A DNA stretch of 64,000 bases. Source: Eledone cirrhosa (taxonomy: Eukaryota). The notes below the pieces were generated by a model. It ran no database searches, was not told the DNA's origin, and saw nothing but the letters and a program-made list of their open reading frames with translations. The stretch covers positions 346,270,001-346,334,000 of the forward strand of contig OZ024740.1 of NCBI GenBank assembly GCA_964016885.1, given 5' to 3'. The translations under genes were made by a program, and so were the position numbers. The first letter of the stretch is position 1. Every line of letters starts with the position of its first letter. Below are positions 15,143 through 25,799 of the stretch, piece after piece.

Positions 15143-17271
15143 CTATCCGTTAGGGTATAACGTGGGGCTGTAATGCAGGAGAGTGTTGTGTAATTTATGT
15201 TTACAAGCCGAAATTGCCTCAGATTTGTTGTTTAAGATGTGGTCTGTGGCGTAGAGTATTTCCAGGGCCTCAGCGGCGCAGAGGTCACATGTTCTTTTAT
15301 TTCCGTTATACGATCTAGCCTTAGCTAGGATCTCCCACTGTAACTTATATTGGGTGTGGTTGTCTTTTAGACTCCAGATATAAGCTGAAAGTGACGCCAT
15401 ATTCCTTCTTAGAGGGTAACGAAAAGAATGGGTATGCATGTAAAGACGCTGCTTGAATCTGTTGGCGGTTAACCCTATGTAGGCTCTACGGGACGTGGGT
15501 GTTTCAACCGTACATTTGTAGACAATGTTACTAGAGAGGCATTTCCCGGATAGGGGGCAATCATCCCGATTCCTACAATTACAGTTAGTACTAATTACAG
15601 GGTTGCACGTGTTACTACGGCTAGGTAGTTTAGCTAAATTTGAATCTGTGATGTTATGTGCAAAGTTAGGAGTCGTAGAGTAAGACATTTTAATAGTATT
15701 TCTATTAAAAACTTTACTATATTTATGTGTAGGGGGAAAAAGCTTCGTAATAAGGGAAAGAAAGATCCTAGCTAATGGTGTGGCCACATCCATATTATAA
15801 TGGTGGGTTATACCAACAAATGCGACGGGATCTATTTCTTCTAGGTCTATTTTCGTACTCTGTATATGCTACCTTATCGACAAATCCACTCCGAGCAAGA
15901 GCTTCATTGTAATAAGTGGAATGGTCGTTGAAAATATGCTCGTTAGTAGATAGACGGGAAAGCCTCAACGAAACGTTTCTTACCATGTTCTTGGTTATGC
16001 TGGCAGGATGGTTGGAATGCTTACTTATGTAATTAAGCGTATCATTCGGCTTTCTATACGGGAAATAAAACCCATTCAATAAATTGAGGGTAACGTCGAG
16101 GTAATTAACGAGCGAGAGATTGGCCTCAACCTGTATAGAGAGGTTGAAGCCTTTAAAGAAGGCTGTGAGTTATTTTCTGAAACTGTCGCAAGCACGAGGT
16201 CCGCACTTAGTCATGGTCAAAAGACCATCATCACGGTACAAACCACCGCCCGCGTTGGGGAATTCGTCCTTGATAGAGAAAATAAGGAAAAGGCCGATAA
16301 GATCGGTAACCTCCGCAGAATCATTGGCGCCCATACTCACTTCGAATGGGGTACTATTGGATTGTTTAATCCAAACAGAATCGTCGAAATTAATCACCGA
16401 CTTACGGGCATTGAGGATGACATCAACTTCGAAATCCTTGACCACTGTGAGTGTTTTAGCGAAATTGATAGCTCTAAGGAGAAGTGGTAAAGTGATGGAG
16501 GAGTAGTAATTGTTGATGTCGAATGGGATAAAACGGCAGTGTTCCTTGTTACATATGCCGTTGAACCAATCAATCACCGCGAAAGAATTATTCCACAGTG
16601 CAAGAGGGGCCAAACTCCTAATATCAGGTATCATTCTATCAAGAATCGTTTTACTAAGTCTACTTAAATCGGACTTCGTAGGGTTAATAAGCCGAATAAA
16701 GGGGTTGTTCGGAAAATTGGATTTGTGATCCTTCAGGGTAAAGTGGGGAGAAATAGGTCCAGAGGTTCGGTCCGGTCCAGGATGTTGAGATCAGATGTGA
16801 TGTTAAACCCAGCATCGTTGATTTCATTGATGGCACACCGATTAATTTTACGGTAATCCTTAGTTACAGCATTATGTAGTAGTTGATGGTAAATACTGCG
16901 CTCCACTTGATATAGGTTGCCAGTTTTGTCGGAATGTACATGCACGGCATTAGAATCCTTAATAGAACGAATTCTATTCTTCAGGTCCTGCTGGAAGGCA
17001 TTGCACCTATTCCGAAATTTGATACTCCGTATGAGTTCCAAGACATTATTTTCGAAGGGTAGCAATGCTGGGTTACACGGGGGGTTATTATAGATTTTAA
17101 ACCCAAATTTATCCTGTTTGTTGTCTGCTTTCGCGGATTATCGAAATAAAAGGCACGCCAAAGCAACCTTTTAATGAACGCATCTGTTTTCTGTATCAGG
17201 AGTTATAGGTATGTTTTCCTGCTGGGTACGGGTATGTTCTTTGTTGAAATATTCAGATGTTGTTTCTGCAT
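15143..17271 (-). pseudogene. Disrupted PLE polyprotein (RT + CxCx5Cx5C linker + GIY-YIG)
   Basis: ATG at 17271 begins MQKQHLNISTKNIPVP. Motifs follow: DKTGNLY, RFIPFDINNYYSSI, SMGANDSAEVTDLIGL, GLYRDDGL, WYNPP, CNCRNRDDCPLSGKC, IVYKC..AYIGLT, CDLC..CKH. There are several frameshifts and stops. Confidence 0.92.
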
Positions 17272-18401
17272 GATGAATATAAGTCAATAGAATGCTCAAC
17301 CGAGGGAGTCAAATAGTAATAATAATAAATTTGAAGACTAAAATCCAAAGAGGGCTCGATAAGGATAAATATATATCAAATATATAAGAACCGTAGAGCA
17401 AATATTTATTAAAATAACAGATTAAAGTTTAAGAAAAGAATCGCTGCTTTCACCCTTAACGGGATCTTCTGAAACTAACAAAGTCAATCTGTAAACGCAG
17501 AAGTGGATATTTCAAAAAAACGTTGCAACAGGAAGACGATACTCTGGTTCGTGGAAACGTTCCCTGGCAAAGAACGGGAAAAAACGAATATAATACGTCA
17601 TTAATAGGAGCAGTGAAAAACAATTACGCGCAAAAACAGAACCACGTTTATGGTATAAAAGAGGTCGTAGACTAATGTTCTCTTAAGTGGTTCATAGAGA
17701 CGTTCTCTGGCAATGAACGACAAAAACAAAGATAATACGTCATATGTGGAGCGTGGAGAACAATTGCACGCAAAGACAAAACCACGTAAATGGTATAGCA
17801 GAAGTCGTAGACTAAAATTCTAACTAGGAGACCGAATGAATACCCGCTTGAGAGTTGAGTTCAAAGTAAATAAATACAATACAGAAGTAATAGAAATTAA
17901 ATAAATACATACGCGCATACAAATACGTACATACACAAGCATACGCGAAAACACTTACCATAGGTATACAAAACCACGCACATATAAATATGTGTGTGTG
18001 TGTATGCGTGTATACAAATAAATAAATAATTAAATAAACGTATATAAATAAATACCTATATAACAAGCGCACACACATACCTACATGTAAATACATAAAT
18101 GTTCGGAGACGTAAGTCAACCAAAACATGAAGTACACATATACACACACCCTACATACGTACGAACCTGCATACTCACACAGATGCAAAACTCCCATATA
18201 CACATAACCAAACCATATGTACCAGAATATATTAAATTATACGCCATAACATATACAATCAAATATACGTACGAGAAGGTATACGTACCTTCACAAAACA
18301 TACAGGTAATATATACTTACCTATGCAAATAAGTAATGGTATTAACAAAACATATACATAGCTACCACATCATGACGTAAAATATCCACGTATAGATCGT
18401 T

Positions 18402-19510
18402 CTATCCGTTAGGGTATAACGTGGGGCTGTAATACAGGCAAGTTTTGTGCAATTTATGTTTACAAGCCGAAATAGCCTCAGATTTGTTGTTTAAGATGTG
18501 GTCTGTGGCGTAGAGTATTTCCAGGGCCTCAGCGGCGCAGAGGTCACATGTTCTCTTATTTCCGTTATACGATCTAGCCTTAGCTAGGATCTCACACTGT
18601 AACTTAGATTGGGTGTGGTTATCTTTTAGACTCCAGATATAAGCTGAAAGTGACGTCATATTACTTCTTAGAGGGTAACGAAAAGAATGGGTATGCATGT
18701 AAAGACGCTGCTTGAATCTGTTGGCGGTTAACCCTATGTAGGCCCTATGGGACGTGGGTGTTTCAAACTTACATTTGTAGACAATGTTACTAGAGAGGCA
18801 TTTCACGGATAGGGTGCAATTAATCCGATTCCTACAATTACAGTTAGTACTAACTACAGGGTTGCACGTGTTCCTACGGCTAGGTAGTTGAGCTAAATTT
18901 GAAGCTGTGATGTTATGTGCAAGGTTAGGAGTCGTAGAGTAAGAAATTTTAATAGCATTTCTATTAAAAATGTTACTATATTTATGTGTAGGGGGAAAAG
19001 CTTCGTAATAAAGGAAAGAAAAATCTTAGCTAATGGTGTGGCCACCTCCATATTATATGGTCGGTTATATCAACAAATGCGACGGGATCTATTTCTTCTA
19101 GGTCTATTTTCGTACTCTGTATATGCTACCTTATCGACAAATCCACTCCGAGCAAGAGCTTCATTGTAATAAGTGGAATGGACGATGAAAATATGCTCGT
19201 TAGTAGATAGACGGGAAAGCCTCAACGAAACGTTTCTTACCATGTTCTTGGTTATGCTGGCAGGATGGTTGGAATGCTTACTTATGTAATTAAGCGTATC
19301 ATTCGGCTTTCTATACGGGAAATACAACCCATTCAATAAATTGAGGGTAACGTCGAGGTAATTAACGAGCGAGAGATTGGCCTCAACTTGTATAGAGAGG
19401 TTGAAGCCTTTAAAGAAGGCTGTGACTTCTTTTCTGAACCTGTCGCAAGCACGAGGTCCGCACTTAGTCATGGTCAAAAGACAATCATCACGGTACAAAC
19501 CGCCACCCAC
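18402..19510 (-). pseudogene. 5'-truncated second copy of the PLE ORF
   Basis: ORF-track peptides GGGLYRDDCLL.. and ..AYIGLTANRFKQRLY..CDLCAAEALEIL are near-identical to those in 15143-16250. Confidence 0.88.
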
Positions 19511-19602
19511 GTTGCGTTTACAGATTGACTTTGTTAGTTTCAGAAGATCCCGTTAATGGTGAAAGCAGCGATTCTTTGGTTAAACTTTAATCTGTTATTT
19601 TA

Positions 19603-19686
<84 letters not shown>

Positions 19687-19749
19687 CATATATATATATA
19701 TATATATTTTTAGTATATTTGCACTCAAAGACAGACAGACACACACACA

Positions 19750-19797
<48 letters not shown>

Positions 19798-19920
19798 GTA
19801 ATAATATTATTAATAATTATAATAGTAATAATAATAATTTTGAAGACTAAAATCCAAAGAGGGCTCGATAAGTATAAATATATATCAATCGGTTGAGCAC
19901 TCTATTGACTTATATTCATC

Positions 19921-21893
19921 ATGCAGAAATAACACCTAAATATTTCTACAAAGAACATACCCGTATCTAGCAGGATGACATACCTAAAATTTCGGATACA
20001 GAAAACGGATTCGTTCCTTAAATTGTTGCGTTGGCCTGCCTTTTATTTCGATAACCAGGAAAAAGCGGACAATAAACACGATAAATTTGGGTTTAAAACT
20101 TATAATAACCCTCCGAGTAATCCAGCATTGCTACACTTCGAAAACGATGTCTTAGAACTCATACGGCGTATCAAATTTCGGAATAGGAGCAATTCCTTCC
20201 AGCAGGATCTGACGAATAGAATTCGTTCTTTTAAGGATTCTGCCGTGCACGTCCACTCCGATAAAACTTGCAATGTATATCAAGTGAAGTGCACTATTTA
20301 CCATCACCTGCTACATAATGCTGTAAGTAAGGATTACCGGAAAACCAATCGGAGTGTCATTAATGACATCAACGATGGTGGGCTTAAATCACCTCTAAAC
20401 TCTTCATCCAGGACAGGACTGAAATTCTGGACCCTATTTCTCCCCTCTTTACCCTTAAGGATCACAAACCGAATTTCGCCAACAACGCCTCTATTCGGCT
20501 AATTAAACTTACGTAGTCTGATTTAGTGAGACTTAGTAAAAGGATTTTAGATAAAATGTTACCTGAAATTAGAAGCATGGCCCCTCTTGCAGTGTGGAAT
20601 AATTTTTTCGCGGTGATTGATTGGTTCAATGGCATATGCAACAAGGAACATTGCCGTTTTATCCAATTCGACATGGATAACTACTACTCCTCTATCACTT
20701 TACTACTTCTTCTTAGAGTTATCAATTTCACTAAAACGCTCACGGTGGCTAAGGATTTCTAAGTTGATGTCATCCTCAATGCCGGTGATTAATTTCGCCG
20801 ACTCTATTTGGATAAAAATCTAATAGTACCCCATTCGACGTGAGTATGGGCGCCAGCGATTCGGCGGAGGTTACATATCTTATCGGCCTTTTCTTTCTTT
20901 TCTTTATCAAGGAAGAATTCCCCAATGTGGACATTGGTTTGTACCGCGATGACGGGCTTTTGACTATGACAAAGTGCGGTTCACGTGCTTGTGACAGGTT
21001 CAGAAAAGAACGCAATGCCTTCTTTAAAGGCTTCAACCTCTCCATACAGGTCGTGGCGAACCTTTCGATCGTTAATTACCTCGACGTTACCCTCAATTTG
21101 TCAAATGGCTTGCACTACCCGTATATTACAATGAAGCTCTTGCTTGGAGTGGATTTGTCGATAAGGTAGCATATACTAAATATGAGCATAGACCAAGGAA
21201 AAATAGATTCCGACGCATTACATCGTATAACCCACCATATAATATGGAGGTGGCCACACCATTAGCTAAGATCTTTCTGTCCCTTATTAAGAATTCATTT
21301 CCCCTCAGCACATGTATGTAATAGAATTTTTAATAGAAATACCATTAAAATATCTCACTCTACGACTCCTAACCTTGCACATAATATCAGTGCTTCAAAT
21401 TAAGCTAAATTACCCAGCAGTAGGAACACGTGCAACCCTGTAGCTAGTACTAACTGTAATTGTAGGAATCGGGATGACTGCCCGCTCTCCGGGAAATGCC
21501 TCCCAATAACATTGCCATCAAATGTAAGGTCGTAACACCCACGTCCCATAGGGCCTACATAGGGTTAACCGCCAATAGATTCAAGCAGCGTCTTTACATG
21601 CACTCCATTCTTTTCTTAACCCATTAAGAAGGAATATGACGTCTCTTTCAGCTTATATCTGGAGTCTAAAATACAACCACACCCAATATAAGTTACACTG
21701 GAAGACCCTAGCTAAGGCTAGATCGTATAACGGAAATAAAAGACCTTTCGATTTTTCCGCCGCTGAAGCCCTGGAAATACTCTACGCCAATGACCACGTC
21801 TTAAACAAAAAATCTGAGGCAATTTCGGCTTGTAAACACAATTTGCATAACACATTCCTGTATTACAGCCCCACATTATACCCTAACGGATAG
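19921..21893 (+). pseudogene. Disrupted PLE polyprotein
   Basis: Motifs RFIQFDMDNYYSSI, SMGASDSAEV, GLYRDDGL, CNCRNRDDCPLSGKC and AYIGLT are present, with many frameshifts and stops and an internal deletion near 21125. Confidence 0.9.
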
Positions 21894-22598
21894 TACGAAC
21901 AATACGCGGATAATTTACGTTATGATGTGGTAGCTAAGTATATTTTATGTATATACCATTACCTATTTGTATAGGTAAGTATATATTACCTGTATGTTTT
22001 GTGAAGGTACGTATACTTTATCGTACATATATATCCTTGTATTTGTTATAGGTGTATATATTATATTATATATACTGGTATATGTGTATATATGGTTATC
22101 TGTATATGTGTATTTTGTGTTTGTGTGTGTATGCGTGTATGCGTGTTTGCAAGTATTTAAGGTGTGTATATGTGTACATTGTGTTTTAGTTGACGTACGT
22201 TTGGTAAACATATGCGTATTTACCTGTAGGTATGTGCGTGCGTGCGTTTTAAACGTATTTATGTGTGTATACTTATATACGTTTATATAATTATATGTAT
22301 ATATACACACAGACATATATTTTTTTATATGTATTTGGTGTATACGTTCGTATGTGTACGGAGACATGTGTCACGCGGGTTTATGCATGTGTGCACGTGT
22401 TTATGTATACGTGCATATATATGCATGCATGGCGGGTTACCTTAACGGATAGTACGAACAATACGCGGAGAATTTACGTCTTGATGTGGTAGCTAAGCAT
22501 ATTTTATGTTTATACCATTACTTATTTGTATAAGAACGTATACCTTACCCGTATGTTTTGTGAATGTAAGTATACTTCCTCTCCTATTTATATATATA

Positions 22599-24235
22599 CT
22601 AGCTGAGGTACCCAGCTTCGCCAAGGTTAACAAATGATAAGAGAAGACTTGTAGAAGAGAAAACGTCTGTATTGAATGCATTGTCTTGTTTACAGTGTGT
22701 TTGTGTATTGTGTATGTGTGTGTGTGTGAGTGTTCGTGTGTCGTGTGTGTGTATATATATGTGAGTGTGTGTGTGCCTATGTGAGTGTTCGTGTGCGTGC
22801 GTGTGCGTATGCGCGTGTGTGTGTGTGTAAATCACCGTTGGAATCGGAGACAGCCCGCGAAACACGATCATTACTGACAACGAACTCGCAGAAAGAATCC
22901 CTTATGGTTGATTCCCAACCTGCTATAAATATCAGTCAGGTTGGTTAGCATACGTGGTATGTCTTTCTTCTTCTTTGGTGTTATATAATTAGTATCAATA
23001 AACTTTCCTTGATATACTCTTATCCCATCCTGTACATACTTTCCGATTCTCACTTGTGTGATACGCGAAGGAACCAACCAACAAAAATCTCTCTTTTATA
23101 ACTGTTTTATTTGTTATTTCAAAATATGTTTCAGCTAATTCTGTTGTACAATATACAGCAGCAATCGTTATCTAATGTTTAAAACATATCAATAGCTGCG
23201 ATATATGCACCATATCAATAAAAAACGATATGAGAATTGAATACCATAGTAAGCTTGCTAAGAAACTGCAGATAGAAATGTTAATAAATACAACATTTGG
23301 CTTGGGTAAACTTGATGTTCTATCATTGTAGGTTTCTTTTCTCAGCCACTACGTTAAAGAAAATTGATAGTTACAACAATAAAGGTTGAAAAGAGAACAA
23401 ATCGTTTAACAAACTTTACAATAATTTTTACTACCATAATGGAAATTCCAAGTAACAGAAAATACATAAATTACATTGTTAGAGTCTCAGAGTATACAAT
23501 ATTTTTTGTTCGGCCCTCGGGAGCAAAGTTGCAGAGATTGTTTGGCGAGCTCAACCTTGAGCATCCTACATACAATTGACCATGGTTTTCCCAGATGAAG
23601 ACCAGCCACTTTTAGGGTTTGACCCTGAGTTTTGTTGATGGTAATCGCGAAGCTTAGTCTCTCTGTTGCTCTAGTAACATTTTTCTTTTGGAAAATCTGA
23701 TCTTGCGGTCAGGCTGTGACATTTTGGATGGCATCTCGGCAGTAACAATGACGATGAGCCGTCTGTGCTTTCGTGAAATAAATACGTTTGTTTATATTTT
23801 GTTTTTGTGTATGCAAAATCTCTGTACGCGAATATATAAATAAATATATATATATTAAAATAACAGATTAAAGTTTAAGCAAAGAATCGCTGCTTTCACC
23901 CTTAACGGGATCTCTGAAACTAAAATAATCAATCTGTGAACGCAGAAGTAAATATTTCGAAAAACGTTGCAACCGAAAGAAAGCAAGAAGATGATACTTT
24001 GGTTCGTGAAGACGTTAGGAATGTCGTATAACCGGAAGTGTAGACATTTGAACATTTTAAAGAAGTGAATATTTAAATAATGTCTTTAATCTTTTAACAA
24101 AATTCAGTAGACAAAATACCCTCAATTTCTTACTTGGAAAAAGTTACATCTATGGTACAAATTTAGTGCCGTTTGGCCCAGCCGCTTGGCGGAAAGTTTG
24201 TTACTTACATACGGCCGTCAGCTTTATAGTATAGA
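22599..24235 (-). mobile_element. Non-autonomous Helitron
   Basis: The minus strand begins A|TCTATACTATAAAG and ends ccttggcgaagctggg-tacctcag-CTAG|T (subterminal hairpin plus CTAG). There is no TSD, and the flanks rejoin to match the uninterrupted UTR unit at about 22000-22070. Confidence 0.85.
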
Positions 24236-25075
24236 TATATGCTTGTATTTGTTATAGGTGTATATATTATATTATATATACTGGTATACGTGTATATGGT
24301 TATGTGTATATGTGAATGTTGTGTTTGTGTGCGTATGCGTCTATGCGTGTTTGCACGATGGTAAGGTGTGTTTATGAGTACATTGTGTTTTGGTTGACGT
24401 AGTTTGGTACATATACGTATTTACTTGTAGGTATGTGTGTGCGTGCGTTATATACGTATTTATGTGTGTATATTTATATATGTTTATATAATTATATGTA
24501 TACACACAGACACATATATTTTTTTATGTGTATTTGGTGTATACGTCCGTATGTGTGCAAATGTAGATGTGACGCGGATCTATGTATATGTGCGCGTGTT
24601 TATGCGTACATCCATGCATGCACGCATGGCGGGTGTTTTCGCGTATGCACGGGTATGTACGTATATAGATGCGTGTATGTATATATTTGATTATTTATTG
24701 ATTTGAATAACCTGTGTCATTTTCGTTCTACTAATTTATTTACATTATTCTTAACTCTGAAGCCGAGAATCATTCGGTTTCCTAAATAGAATATTAGTCT
24801 ACGACTTCATTTATACCATACGCGTGATTTTGTCCTTGTGTGTCATTGTTCTCGTAGCACCACATAACGACGTATTATCTTTGCTTTCTTCCGTTCATTG
24901 TCAGGGGACGTCTTCACGAACCAAAGTATCGTCTTCCTGTTCTCCTTCGGTTGCAACGATTTTCGAAATATTTACTTCTGCCTTCACAGATTGATTTTTT
25001 TAGTTTCATAAGATCCCGTCAAGGGTGAAAGCAGCGATTCTTTGCTTAAACTTTAATCTGTTATTTTAATAAATA

Positions 25076-25103
25076 CTAGCAGAATGGCCGGCGATGCTCG
25101 GGA
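25076..25103 (-). mobile_element. 28-bp Helitron remnant (micro-Helitron)
   Basis: The minus strand reads A|TCCCGAGCATCGCCGGCCATTCTGCTAG|T. It is inserted precisely in aataaata|tttgctc, which is uninterrupted in the paralogous copies near 14110-14130 and 17395-17412. Confidence 0.75.
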
Positions 25104-25224
25104 TTTGCTCTAGAGTTCTTATATATTTGATATATATTTATCCTTATCGAGCCTCGTGAAATAATTAAGTTTGTTTATATTTTGTTATTGTGTATGCAAA
25201 AATATCTGTACACGAATATATAAT

Positions 25225-25312
<88 letters not shown>

Positions 25313-25589
25313 AATAACACATTAAAGTTTAAGCAAATATCGGTGCGTTCACCCTTAACGGGATCTTCTGAAACTAAAAATATCAATCTGTGAAGCAGAA
25401 GTAAGTATTTTGAAAATCATTACACACACTATTTTTATATATATACAGACTATATATACATATATATACACACACACACATATAGCGTCATAGCGTCATA
25501 GTGCAAACAGCCAGACATAAATACAGATATTATAAGGTCGCAACGTTATTTCTATGTATCTATCTAAAAAGAAAGACTAAGAATTAGAG

Positions 25590-25757
25590 AGAGAGATCGC
25601 TAAATCGCATAATGCGATCACTAGGGCATTGAACATTTGAAATTATTTTTGCTCAAAACACCCACAGATCCATAAGTATTACATGTGTACAGTTTGAAAA
25701 CAATCGCTTGAGTGGTTCTCCAGTTTTAGGGAGTCAGATAGACAGACAGACATTCTC

Positions 25758-25775
<18 letters not shown>
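25590..25775 (-). mobile_element. Probable Helitron 5'-region fragment
   Basis: The minus strand starts tatataaaacagagaatgtctgtctgtc, resembling the (CTGT)n-containing 5' ends of invertebrate non-autonomous Helitrons. The terminal TC is lost in (TA)n. Confidence 0.4.

Positions 25776-25794
<19 letters not shown>

Positions 25795-25799
<5 letters not shown>

Larger units (their letters stand above)
14029..19607 (-). mobile_element. PLE: full-length unit (14029-17323), upstream tandem 5'-truncated unit (17323-19511) and short inverted piece (19512-19607)
   Basis: 14029-16250 is directly repeated at 17323-19511. The ORF remnants show RT and GIY-YIG motifs. Both ends lie in (TA)n. Confidence 0.92.
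19822..25420 (+). mobile_element. PLE of the same family in opposite orientation, with duplicated 3' UTR and nested Helitrons
   Basis: Layout: inverted tail 19822-19888, leader from 19889, ORF 19921-21893, 3' UTR to about 25155, inverted pLTR piece at about 25310-25420. A ~560-bp UTR unit (21880-22440) is repeated at 22440-22598 plus 24236-24640. Confidence 0.88.
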
